Source: a virus (Duplodnaviria; Caudoviricetes). From it: a stretch of 64,000 nucleotides of DNA. A program made the position numbers and the translations under genes. A model generated the notes under the pieces. That model was not told the origin of the DNA. It made no database searches and saw nothing but the letters and a program-made list of their open reading frames with translations. The number at the start of each line of letters is the position of its first letter. Positions within the stretch are counted from its first letter, which is position 1. Below, in pieces: positions 17,689-26,024 of the stretch. The stretch spans positions 1 to 64,000 of the IMG/VR virus record IMGVR_UViG_3300021400_000080; one strand, 5' to 3'.

Positions 17689-17830
17689 GTATCAGCACCT
17701 TGATCTGTGTCGTTCTCCCGATTGCCGTGTGTATGGTCGGGGAACAATAATCGGGATCGTAGACCCTCCTGTGTTGTTCCAGCCAGCCGGGCCAATCGAG
17801 GATGGCTATGACCTTGCAACGATTCTCCAT
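17672..17830 (-). CDS. MTase TRD-like module 6
   Basis: Manual ORF ...RRVYDPDYCSPTIHTAIG..., 52 aa. Confidence 0.7.
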   Translation of the reverse strand: MENRCKVIAILDWPGWLEQHRRVYDPDYCSPTIHTAIGRTTQIKVLIHDEEM

Positions 17831-17957
17831 ATACTGCCACCAGTTTAGGGTCCTTATAGTCCCTGGATTCTATCGTGGGGGATATTCCTCTCGAATCGTA
17901 TATCCTCCCGGCTTTCTCATAGCTGCAATCAAGGGTCCCTATCTGTCTGCATCTCAT
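17685..17957 (-). CDS. MTase TRD-like module 5
   Basis: GRIYDSRGISPTIESRDYKDPKLV. Confidence 0.75.
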   Translation of the reverse strand: MRCRQIGTLDCSYEKAGRIYDSRGISPTIESRDYKDPKLVAVYGESLQGHSHPRLARLAGTTQEGLRSRLLFPDHTHGNRENDTDQGADT

Positions 17958-18123
17958 CCTCTTCCCTCACGAATATCATGGGTTGGTTCGCCTTGGCGAA
18001 AGCCAATGTTATAGTAGGACACAAACCTCTTCCTCCCCATACGACATTACATTTGTCGAATCCGGACGGACGGTAGTTGGGGAGGACGGCTATCTTCACC
18101 AATGCCTTAATCGGAGTCATCAT
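17929..18123 (-). CDS. MTase TRD-like module 4
   Basis: VVWGGRGLCPTITLAFAK. Confidence 0.7.
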   Translation of the reverse strand: MMTPIKALVKIAVLPNYRPSGFDKCNVVWGGRGLCPTITLAFAKANQPMIFVREEDEMQTDRDP

Positions 18124-18568
18124 CTTCAATCCTCCTTATTATTCCAAGATGTCCGATGTCCGTAGGTACGAGGGTAGGACAGACACAATCCTCATCCAAT
18201 AGGTGAGTCACCTCGAAAGAGAGCTGCCCGAAAGCAATATCATACCCCATCGGTTCGGACTTATCGGCTACGCGATGCCCATTGGACCATTTTCTCGGAT
18301 GTCTGTAATCAAGATAACCTTTTGCCAACAAATCGTCCAACATGGCTTGCAGTCCGTCACAATCATACAATTCCCGGATCATCTCTGTTGTAAGAGGTCT
18401 GCCTTCCTCTCCGGGATAACGTCTCCATCTGGACAATCTGCGACCCCTCAATATTATGTCCAACAATTCCCTCTGTTCCTTAGAGACTTCTCCTTTCAAG
18501 CACATATCCCACGAATGGATGACATTCTCGCCTCCGCGCTTGTCCGTGACAGTCCATCCGAGATTCAT
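18107..18568 (-). CDS. MTase TRD-like module 3 (large, resembles the variable region of a bacterial C5 MTase)
   Basis: DKRGGENVIHSWD..KGEVS..Q.ELL...LDDL..KGYL...LSFEV..LLD...PTLV.TD. Confidence 0.7.
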   Translation of the reverse strand: MNLGWTVTDKRGGENVIHSWDMCLKGEVSKEQRELLDIILRGRRLSRWRRYPGEEGRPLTTEMIRELYDCDGLQAMLDDLLAKGYLDYRHPRKWSNGHRVADKSEPMGYDIAFGQLSFEVTHLLDEDCVCPTLVPTDIGHLGIIRRIEDDDSD

Positions 18569-18738
18569 TTTACACACTCTTCCGAGACCCATACAAGTAT
18601 GAGGGGAGGGGGACACTTGATCCCCCAATTGGCTAAGACCGTTGGAGCATCCCCGGACGGGTCGAGGACGAGATCGCGGTTCCCGTAGGTTCCTTTACCC
18701 GTCAATCCCCGTCCGATGATCTTCAATGCGTACTTCAC
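18565..18738 (-). CDS. MTase TRD-like module 2
   Basis: Manual ORF (GTG start) ...RDLVLDPSGDAPTVLANWG..., 57 aa. Confidence 0.65.
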   Translation of the reverse strand: MKYALKIIGRGLTGKGTYGNRDLVLDPSGDAPTVLANWGIKCPPPLILVWVSEECVK

Positions 18739-18891
18739 CGACATAGACCAGACCCTCGATCACATTCTTAGCGAAATGTGCCGTGATAGTGGGTGCTAAT
18801 CCCCCCCCCCGTAGACACGGCCGTTCTGACCGAAGTGATTATCACCGAACATAAAGACGATTATACTCTTTTTTGCTGCGGTGCGTGCCAT
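18695..18891 (-). pseudogene. MTase TRD-like module 1, frameshifted at a G10 tract (possible phase-variable OFF state)
   Basis: FGQNGRVY-(G10)-LAPTITAHFAK; one more G restores a 65 aa ORF with the Y-x4-LAPT spacing of sibling modules. Confidence 0.7.
18801..18810. repeat. C10/G10 homopolymer
   Basis: Read directly. Confidence 0.9.
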
Positions 18892-20135
18892 TCCAGGTTG
18901 CCTTCCGTTATGAGGTAATTGCTGGTCTTTCTGCCACCCTCATGACAACTTATGCACAATGCTTTCCGTTCTCCGTGTTGGGGGTTCCAGCAGAATCCTC
19001 GCCCATTCTCCTTCTCCCTCTCCGTGGACCATATCAGACCCTTCAGACGATCCTGACTAAGATAATACTTCTCGTCCACGGGTTCGGGTTCGAGGTAGTC
19101 CCTCATACACTTGGTAAGCGGTACGGGTTTGGGCAGCTCCGGGGGTTTGCCATTCAGTTTGCTTATCACGAACAACCTCTTACGGTTCTGTGCAACTCCG
19201 TAGTCGCACGCATTGAGGACCTTCCAGGTGTGCTGGTAGCCGATTGCGGATAACTCGTCCATCAACTCGTCGAAATTCGCCTTGAACTTCTTGGATACCA
19301 TCATGGGTACTTCTTCCATGACGAGGTACTTGGGTCTCTCCTTCTCTTCCGTATTGCGGAGGATACGAGGAACCTCGAAAGCCAGCGAGGATCTTGTTCC
19401 GCTGTCCTTCGCATTACCCGCCAACCGTCCGGCATTGGAGATGTCCTGACAGTTATGAACGATGATACCGTTCACCGTGAACGAATGGCTGTCCTTGACC
19501 GTGAGATCGTAGACATCCGTTTTCTCGAATCCGAAAGATAAATTCACTATTGGGAACCATGCGAATCCGTTTTTAAATGTGGACCCAGGATACAACGACC
19601 AATTCCCGGCGATAGCATCGGGCCGTCCGAGATAATGCGACATGGTAAGATTTTTCGCCTCTATCCATTCGGGTTCGGTAAGTGACCCATCTACTATCTT
19701 ACAAGCATAGAATTTATGGTCGAAAGTGGCTCCGATTTCCTCATTACCGGATGCCTTGATACGCATAATCTCCTTATGTCCGGTCTTGCCCGCCCATTCC
19801 ACGGGATGCCATTGGCCGTCGTGGGACATCACCATATTCCCGACCTCGACTTCCTCGATGGGGATGTATCCCCTCTCTTTCGTGAGGACCATATCACCCT
19901 TGCGGATGCACGGGGGTGTCCAGAACAGAACGTCCACTTGATTCTCCCCTCCGATGTCGCGTACCTGGGTGATGTCCCCCAGGTTGCGGGTCTCTCCATG
20001 AAGGGTATCATACGCGCGTGCGGTCGGAGGGTCGAACTCGCACTGGAATACCATCTGATAGTCGATCCCCAATCTGTCGGCAGCGGAATGGTGCGCTCCG
20101 ATCCCGGAAAAGAATCCTCCGATACGCATCATCAC
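18861..20135 (-). CDS. C5 methyltransferase N-terminal subunit (motifs I-VIII) with mini-intein
   Basis: FFSGIGA (I), TPP/CQD (IV), MEEVP (VI), LNACDYGVAQNRKRLFV (VIII); motifs IX-X absent. Confidence 0.9.
   Translation of the reverse strand: MMMRIGGFFSGIGAHHSAADRLGIDYQMVFQCEFDPPTARAYDTLHGETRNLGDITQVRDIGGENQVDVLFWTPPCIRKGDMVLTKERGYIPIEEVEVGNMVMSHDGQWHPVEWAGKTGHKEIMRIKASGNEEIGATFDHKFYACKIVDGSLTEPEWIEAKNLTMSHYLGRPDAIAGNWSLYPGSTFKNGFAWFPIVNLSFGFEKTDVYDLTVKDSHSFTVNGIIVHNCQDISNAGRLAGNAKDSGTRSSLAFEVPRILRNTEEKERPKYLVMEEVPMMVSKKFKANFDELMDELSAIGYQHTWKVLNACDYGVAQNRKRLFVISKLNGKPPELPKPVPLTKCMRDYLEPEPVDEKYYLSQDRLKGLIWSTEREKENGRGFCWNPQHGERKALCISCHEGGRKTSNYLITEGNLEWHAPQQKRV
19452..19910 (-). mobile_element. 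Mini-intein (153 aa, no homing endonuclease) inserted before the catalytic Cys
   Basis: Starts CIRKGDMVLT; block B ATFDHKFY; ends VYDLTVKDSHSFTVNGIIVHN followed by +1 Cys. Confidence 0.9.
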
Positions 20136-20278
20136 ACATACCTCTCTTCGTAGATGAGATCCCTCTTACAGCGCGGGCAGCGGTAGACCGTCCTGCATCT
20201 GATGACCTCTCCTGCCACGTCGTTCCTCTGTTCCGTAACGACCTCGCGGCCGCACATGCAACAAACCATCTTCGTCAT
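20132..20278 (-). CDS. Zn-ribbon protein
   Basis: CCMCG...CPRC. Confidence 0.6.
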   Translation of the reverse strand: MTKMVCCMCGREVVTEQRNDVAGEVIRCRTVYRCPRCKRDLIYEERYV

Positions 20279-20451
20279 TTCTCTTCCTCTTCCTGTTCTT
20301 CCTTGGGTATCTTGGTGAGTTTGACACGGACCATATCTCCGGGGTTGAGTCCCATCATGGCCATCTCCCTCGTGATACGCACGACATATCCCGTTCCGCA
20401 CGGGACGATCTTCTTGTCCGACTCAAGGCACTCCATATAGCCGTCGCTCAT
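20275..20451 (-). CDS. AbrB/SpoVT-like DNA-binding protein
   Basis: GTGYVVRITREMAMMGLNPGDMVRV. Confidence 0.7.
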   Translation of the reverse strand: MSDGYMECLESDKKIVPCGTGYVVRITREMAMMGLNPGDMVRVKLTKIPKEEQEEEEK

Positions 20452-20699
20452 TCCGTGCGCCTCCAATATGCGACCTTCATCTTGGAATCCGGGGAATAGT
20501 CCAGCCGGGTCTTGATGACCATCCCGTATTCAGCGAGTACCTTCAGGTATCCGTATGCTTTCGTGACCCTCATGGTCCTGTCCCCGTGGACACGGTTCTT
20601 CTCCCAATAGTCGGCCATGAGATCCGCAATCTCCTGGGTGGTGAACTCACGATCCCCCATTCCCTCGACCAACGTCCTTACATAGTCCAGATGTGACAT
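20448..20699 (-). CDS. Winged-helix DNA-binding protein
   Basis: FTTQEIAD...YLKVLAEYGMV...YWRR. Confidence 0.65.
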   Translation of the reverse strand: MSHLDYVRTLVEGMGDREFTTQEIADLMADYWEKNRVHGDRTMRVTKAYGYLKVLAEYGMVIKTRLDYSPDSKMKVAYWRRTE

Positions 20700-20700
20700 T

Positions 20701-20856
20701 TCACTTCTCTCCTGTTCTCCATTTCTTGACCTTGCCGCAGCTTGAACATACCGCTTGCCAGCGTTCCGGGGTCATATACCGGGTCTTGTAGACCGCCATC
20801 GTGTTGTGGCATTTCGGACACTCGATATACGAATCCAGGAACATCTTGACCTTCAT
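20701..20856 (-). CDS. Zn-ribbon protein
   Basis: Manual ORF ECPKCH...CSSCGK, 51 aa. Confidence 0.6.
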   Translation of the reverse strand: MKVKMFLDSYIECPKCHNTMAVYKTRYMTPERWQAVCSSCGKVKKWRTGEK

Positions 20857-21344
20857 CTCAATATCTCCGTGACGAATCTCCCGCTGTTCAGTCCCTTACG
20901 GAACCTGTCTGCCGAGATCGGCAGCTCGACTATCGTTCTCATCCCTCTTCCAGTAACCTCCGCTGGTATGTATACCCTCACGGGCGCACCGTCCTTGGTT
21001 ATGCGGTCTATCAGTCCGTTGTCGTTGATACGGACCGTGTAATCGTGGATTATATGATCCCCTTCGGACATGACCTTTGTCGGGCGGGTCCTTGCAGCCA
21101 GATCGGAACGGTACTCGTACATGGTCTTGCGCTCCGATTTGTCGTGCGCGATGTGACCCTTCTTCAACAGATTGCACAGGACCCCCGATATTGTGCGCGC
21201 ATACAGGGAATAACGGGAATCCCCGACCTCGCAGCCGGACACGGCCTTCGTGATGTCGCGTATCGTCATCGGTCCCTCGTCCTTGAGGATGGAGATGATG
21301 ATCTCTTCGTTCTCACGGCAGATGCTGTCCCTCTTGAATGTCAT
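20853..21344 (-). CDS. wHTH plus C-terminal domain protein
   Basis: ILKDEGPMTIRDITKAV...LCNLLKKGHI. Confidence 0.7.
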   Translation of the reverse strand: MTFKRDSICRENEEIIISILKDEGPMTIRDITKAVSGCEVGDSRYSLYARTISGVLCNLLKKGHIAHDKSERKTMYEYRSDLAARTRPTKVMSEGDHIIHDYTVRINDNGLIDRITKDGAPVRVYIPAEVTGRGMRTIVELPISADRFRKGLNSGRFVTEILR

Positions 21345-21478
21345 ACCTTCACTCCCTTGATTTCTAATTTAGTGACCTGAACGGTCTCGGTGTGACCCTC
21401 GATCCTCACCACGGGGGTAGCATGGGGATAATGGAAACAGTAGATGTATCCCTTGGATTGGCATTTCTCACATCTCAT
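21341..21478 (-). CDS. Small hypothetical protein
   Basis: Manual ORF MRCEKCQSKG..., 45 aa. Confidence 0.5.
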   Translation of the reverse strand: MRCEKCQSKGYIYCFHYPHATPVVRIEGHTETVQVTKLEIKGVKV

Positions 21479-21842
21479 CTCCGGTATCCTCCTTCGGCTT
21501 TTCATCCTCGGTATCTTCCTTCCGCTTTATCACGGAACGATAGAAGTCCGGCAAGTCGATGTTCTTCGCTGCATCTGACACATCCCTATTGAGTAAATCC
21601 ATGCGTATCTTGAAGTAATCATCCATTTCTTTTTTTGCCGTGAGCATACCGTCCTTCGCCTTACGGATGGAAAGGGCGGTGTCTATCATCCCGGCCATGC
21701 AGCGGTCACACAGATAGAATACCTCTCCGCGATAAAGTATTCCTTCGGGTGCGAGACGGAGTTGCGGCTCGTGGATGAACCTATGCCAGAGTACGGTGTC
21801 CGTGCTGCCGCAGACCTTACATGCGGTGGGTGTGACATTCAT
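21468..21842 (-). CDS. Zn-finger/coiled-coil protein
   Basis: CKVC...LCDRC. Confidence 0.65.
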   Translation of the reverse strand: MNVTPTACKVCGSTDTVLWHRFIHEPQLRLAPEGILYRGEVFYLCDRCMAGMIDTALSIRKAKDGMLTAKKEMDDYFKIRMDLLNRDVSDAAKNIDLPDFYRSVIKRKEDTEDEKPKEDTGDEM

Positions 21843-22123
21843 TCTACCTTCTCCCCCAGGTCGATGGTGTCTATCTGCTTCGGCTTGCTGCCGAACAATC
21901 CGTTGAGGGTCGCGCTGACGATCTGCTCGATCTCGGACGGTTCGCGCACGTCCTCTTCCTTGGCCTCGATGGCCGCGATGTTGCGTAGATTGATGAACAC
22001 GGTGTTACCCTCGACGGTGCGTATGCGTATCCATTCCGTACCGGGTCTGAAAAGGTCGCACTCGATGTCCTGACTGGTCGTGTATGTGCGCCCGTTCCCG
22101 GCTATGATCTTGTAGAAGGTCAT
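21839..22123 (-). CDS. Hypothetical protein
   Basis: MTFYKIIAGNG... Confidence 0.6.
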   Translation of the reverse strand: MTFYKIIAGNGRTYTTSQDIECDLFRPGTEWIRIRTVEGNTVFINLRNIAAIEAKEEDVREPSEIEQIVSATLNGLFGSKPKQIDTIDLGEKVE

Positions 22124-22284
22124 CGGCTCATCTCCTGGATGATGTCCTCGACATGATAGAGCATATTGAGTTGATCGTCGAATCCCTCGATGCCGTGCTT
22201 GGCGCACACATCCTTGGCGACGGCTTCCATGAGGGAACGGTACTCGCCCGCGCGCCTTAACTCGTCCATCGTGTATTCCTTCAT
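22120..22284 (-). CDS. Hypothetical protein
   Basis: MKEYTMDEL..., 54 aa. Confidence 0.55.
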   Translation of the reverse strand: MKEYTMDELRRAGEYRSLMEAVAKDVCAKHGIEGFDDQLNMLYHVEDIIQEMSR

Positions 22285-22320
22285 TATCCATTCCCTGCAT
22301 ATCTCCGGATGGGGTAACAT

Positions 22321-22677
22321 TCACATCACGTTCTCCTTAATCCATTTTTCAATGCAGATGTCTGCATGCTCTCCGCAGTGGATATAGGCACGCGGCATCT
22401 TGTATTCTTTCGCGTTTATCTTGATGATGATCTCTTCCTCGCACGGCCTGGCGGTCAATACGGAATCCGAGGGTCCGAACTTCATGAGGACGATCGCGTT
22501 GTTGTATTCACACACATTGGATAGTCCCTTGAGGTCATCGGTCGTGTCCTCCGGGTTCATTGGGGGGTATCCGATGGGCGCGAACCCCATATCCTCAAGT
22601 GCCTGGATGTCGTGGTAGGTTGCCCATACCCTTACCCTCATCTCCTGTTCTCTCTCGATCTCGTTCTGTCTCATCAT
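22321..22677 (-). CDS. Hypothetical protein
   Basis: MMRQNEIE..., 118 aa. Confidence 0.6.
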   Translation of the reverse strand: MMRQNEIEREQEMRVRVWATYHDIQALEDMGFAPIGYPPMNPEDTTDDLKGLSNVCEYNNAIVLMKFGPSDSVLTARPCEEEIIIKINAKEYKMPRAYIHCGEHADICIEKWIKENVM

Positions 22678-23075
22678 GTGAACCTCACATCGTAGTCGGT
22701 ATTGTACTTGACAACTCCGCTGACCGAGACCTTGCGCGCGTAGGTGATCTCCCCCCCGGTGTCGGAGTAGTCGCACCAATACGCGCCCGGATTGAGACCG
22801 CAGTAGTCCTCGCAGTCCTCCGGGGTTGCCCAAACCATCGCACCGATGGGCGCGTAGTGGTTCTCGGTCTTGTCCTTCTGCCCCTTGAACTGGAAGTAAC
22901 CCAGGACGTAACCGGGGGTGTAGATGAGGACATCAGCGGTCAGTTGGGTGTCGCGGTCGATGTTGCCATGTCTTGCCAGCTTCTTATACTCGCGTATGAA
23001 GAACGCACGCACGCTGTTGATGTCGGTCGAGGTATATTCCTCCCCCGTAGGGGGAATGACGATCTTGAACTGCAT
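22674..23075 (-). CDS. Hypothetical protein, related to the C-terminus of 23085-23867
   Basis: GLNPGAYW vs GLRPGAYF; both end V(R/K)FT. Confidence 0.7.
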   Translation of the reverse strand: MQFKIVIPPTGEEYTSTDINSVRAFFIREYKKLARHGNIDRDTQLTADVLIYTPGYVLGYFQFKGQKDKTENHYAPIGAMVWATPEDCEDYCGLNPGAYWCDYSDTGGEITYARKVSVSGVVKYNTDYDVRFT

Positions 23076-23084
23076 TTTTCTCCC

Positions 23085-23867
23085 TCATGTGAATTTAACG
23101 TAAATCCTTCCGAGTCTGCCCTTGTCAGTGATGTTCTTGGCATATCCGTTGAGATCCCCGAAATATGCTCCGGGCCGCAGACCCCCGTAATCGGCTGCCC
23201 ATTCCAGATTGACCCAACTGCATGAGTCATAGTCGTACCATGATCCCGCAACGTACTGCTCGTACTTGCTCTCCGGTATGACGGGGACGTTGGCATACCC
23301 CTTGGGATCGTTCTTGTAGGTTTTCAGGCGGGTCTTGCAATTCTCTCTGAACGATGCCCTCAAGACATCAAGGTCATCGAAGATCTCGTCCTCGCCCAAT
23401 CCGTCCTTGGACCACAACAGACGATACTTGGAGTCACGGTTGGCCTTATCGTCTCTCTCCCATAGAGATTTCCATTCCTCAACGGGGTATTCCGGATCCT
23501 CCAGCCACCTATCTTTCCATTCCTCCGTTTCGGTATTGTATAGGTAATGCGTGGACAGATTGCGACCCCACTCGATATGGAACTTCCCCCCTCTCTTGAT
23601 GACCTTTCCGTAGCGTGTTCCCTTGTAGGTATCGCCATCATCGGTCTCGTCCACAGGACCGAAATAGATGGAGACGAACGACCCCTCCCCGGCTTCGGAC
23701 AATTCCTCGACCGCTTTAGCGGTCAGTTTCTCAAATGCCCAAAATTCAAATCTATGAATGAACCTCGGACCGTTGTCCATAGGGGTCTCGATGCTGTCAG
23801 CATCCATCCCGACAGAACTGAAATATCCCCACTCGTTTGAGGACCCATGATACCTCTCGTTGATCAT
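23085..23867 (-). CDS. Hypothetical two-domain protein
   Basis: 260 aa ORF. Confidence 0.7.
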   Translation of the reverse strand: MINERYHGSSNEWGYFSSVGMDADSIETPMDNGPRFIHRFEFWAFEKLTAKAVEELSEAGEGSFVSIYFGPVDETDDGDTYKGTRYGKVIKRGGKFHIEWGRNLSTHYLYNTETEEWKDRWLEDPEYPVEEWKSLWERDDKANRDSKYRLLWSKDGLGEDEIFDDLDVLRASFRENCKTRLKTYKNDPKGYANVPVIPESKYEQYVAGSWYDYDSCSWVNLEWAADYGGLRPGAYFGDLNGYAKNITDKGRLGRIYVKFT

Positions 23868-24235
23868 TCGTTGCACTTCCTTTTATCGTAATAAATGTCC
23901 AACTTCTCGGCAGGTATCTCCTCGTAGGATACGCGGCATCCCGTCTCATCGAATACCTCCGAGGTATAGACAACAGGGCAATTACGCTCTACCTCCGATG
24001 TGAACGCGCCTCTCAATTCCCACGGGTCCTTGTATATGCTCACCAGTGCAAGACCACCCTTGTTACCGCGATCGAAATACAGGGCAAAATCCGGTTGGAG
24101 GATGTCATAGACCCCATCGAGGTAGATTCCCCACCTCATATCGTGTGCCTTGAGCAGCTCGATCTCCTTCACCGCCTCGGCCAAATGGAGATATGACCCC
24201 ATAGGAATTCCACGGTCACGGACGATGTAGGTCAC
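23864..24235 (-). CDS. Hypothetical protein, paralog of 24232-24459
   Basis: YIVRD..PMGSY.HLAEAVKEIE...HD vs FYVRE..MMGPY..IEDAIESIE...HD. Confidence 0.65.
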   Translation of the reverse strand: MTYIVRDRGIPMGSYLHLAEAVKEIELLKAHDMRWGIYLDGVYDILQPDFALYFDRGNKGGLALVSIYKDPWELRGAFTSEVERNCPVVYTSEVFDETGCRVSYEEIPAEKLDIYYDKRKCNE

Positions 24236-24459
24236 GCGACCACCCCTGTGTCTGCGGGATTGATAAGGTTGCCCTTGGAATCATAGACCTCCTCGGCACG
24301 AAATTCCTCGTTGAAATGGATGATTCTGTAACTGTCCTCAACGAACGCGCCAATGCGCCGGTCGTGTTGCTCGAACACTTCGATGGATTCAATCGCATCT
24401 TCGATGCAGCCGTAAGGACCCATCATTATCTCATCCATCTCACGGACGTAGAACGGCAT
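24232..24459 (-). CDS. Hypothetical protein
   Basis: 75 aa. Confidence 0.65.
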   Translation of the reverse strand: MPFYVREMDEIMMGPYGCIEDAIESIEVFEQHDRRIGAFVEDSYRIIHFNEEFRAEEVYDSKGNLINPADTGVVA

Positions 24460-24464
24460 CCCTC

Positions 24465-24698
24465 TCAGGCCTCCTGTCCGGCGATGTATTCGCGGATCTC
24501 TCCGACGGTCACGGAACCGATACACTTACAGTCGATGTCGAACAGGTCCACCTGGGCATCGCTCTTGTAATTGTCGCAGATGATCTCCAAAATCAATGAT
24601 AATCCGTAACCATCAATCTCCTCTTCGGGGTAGTCGATTGCATCATCGCCCGCCCATACAAGAAGGGAGGCAATCTTGTCTGAATCAAGGGTTGTCAT
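24465..24698 (-). CDS. Hypothetical acidic protein (first gene of left arm)
   Basis: GAGGAATCGAAAATG leader. Confidence 0.7.
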   Translation of the reverse strand: MTTLDSDKIASLLVWAGDDAIDYPEEEIDGYGLSLILEIICDNYKSDAQVDLFDIDCKCIGSVTVGEIREYIAGQEA

Positions 24699-24967
24699 TT
24701 TCGATTCCTCATTTGGCCGTTTCCGGCTTGTTGTGTATAAGTATTACTCGGTAGTATATATATCTATTGTCTATCCCCGTTCGGGTCCGATTGACCGCAG
24801 CCGTTCCGATCCCCCGTCATATATACGCGCGCGTAACTATAATGCGCGAGTGTAAACAAATTGGTTGTAATTCCGTATCAATGCGAACTTATTTATATTA
24901 GCGAGTAATATATTCATTCAGAACCGCGAAAGGCGGCTCACCCGACAGGGATAAAAGAGGAATCGAA
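24699..24967. promoter_or_regulatory. Central divergent promoter region
   Basis: Strand switch; TATA boxes on both strands; ACGCGCGCGT at 24825-24834; GAGGAATCGAA leaders on both sides. Confidence 0.75.
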
Positions 24968-25426
24968 ATGACTGAAGAACTCAGAACTGTGCCGACCGGT
25001 CTCACCGGTCCGAAAGCGAACGACATCCTTAACTCCGTCATCGGACAGCTGTCCGACGGGATCTGGGAGGAAGCGAACAACCTAAGAAGGTTCTGGCATT
25101 ACGCACACGTCGGAGAGGACAACTCCATCCTCGTGTCCGAGAGTTACGGCTCCGCTTACCGCGGCAAGACCGATGACTATGTGCGCGGATATTTCGCCAA
25201 GAAGATCGTCCAGATCGTCAAGATATGGAAGGAGGATAACCCCGGACTCGTTGGGGACGAGGATGCGGATGTCAGTTACCTCTCCTACGGAGAGCATATC
25301 ACCGTTGCGGATGCCAAGGCCGTTGCCAAGGCACTCCGTCACTACGGGGAGACCTCCAAGGCGGCCGGAACGGTCAAGGACTGCGCCGCTGCGAAGAAGA
25401 TCAGGACTCTGGACTGCTTTTTCTGA
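24968..25426 (+). CDS. Hypothetical protein
   Basis: 152 aa, AGAGGAATCGAAATG leader. Confidence 0.75.
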   Translation: MTEELRTVPTGLTGPKANDILNSVIGQLSDGIWEEANNLRRFWHYAHVGEDNSILVSESYGSAYRGKTDDYVRGYFAKKIVQIVKIWKEDNPGLVGDEDADVSYLSYGEHITVADAKAVAKALRHYGETSKAAGTVKDCAAAKKIRTLDCFF

Positions 25427-25436
25427 GGTGAGACGA

Positions 25437-25730
25437 ATGGATTACAAGGGGATGAAATTCGAGGTCGGCAAGGTCTATGAGGCCACAACCTACCATGGCA
25501 GCAAGAAACTCTACAAGGTCATCAAGAGGTCCGAGTCCGGTTACATCACATTCGAGGAGGTATTCTCGACACAATACTGCAAGCCGAAGAAGTTTGCCAG
25601 AATCCCTCTCAAGGGATGGGAACACGCAGACGAGCGCGTGACTATCCAGAAGGGAACATTCGGAAGGGTCTGCTGGACCGGGGGATACGACCTCTACGCA
25701 AGAGACCTCGTGACCGAGCCGAACGAGTGA
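25437..25730 (+). CDS. Hypothetical SH3-like beta protein, paralog of 25740-26024
   Basis: KFEVGKVY...YKVIKRSE. Confidence 0.7.
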   Translation: MDYKGMKFEVGKVYEATTYHGSKKLYKVIKRSESGYITFEEVFSTQYCKPKKFARIPLKGWEHADERVTIQKGTFGRVCWTGGYDLYARDLVTEPNE

Positions 25731-25739
25731 GGCGAGAAG

Positions 25740-26024
25740 ATGGGATCGAAATTTGAAGTCGGACAGATATATGCGGAACACAGGAAACACATCCTGGAGG
25801 AATACATCGTGAGGTATAAGGTAGTCAGGCGCACCGAAAAGACCGTGTGGGTCTGCCGTATCAAGGACGATGGGACGGAGTGTCTGCCGGAGGGTCATAG
25901 GGTAGAACCTTTCGGGGACTGCGAATATATCCACGGACGCGGCATCGGGAACCCCCGGTCCGTATGGTACTCCGACGGTCTCAATCTGTTCTCGAAGGAC
26001 ATAATCGAGGAGGGATCGGAATGA
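25740..26024 (+). CDS. Hypothetical SH3-like beta protein
   Basis: KFEVGQIY...YKVVRRTEKTVW. Confidence 0.7.
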   Translation: MGSKFEVGQIYAEHRKHILEEYIVRYKVVRRTEKTVWVCRIKDDGTECLPEGHRVEPFGDCEYIHGRGIGNPRSVWYSDGLNLFSKDIIEEGSE

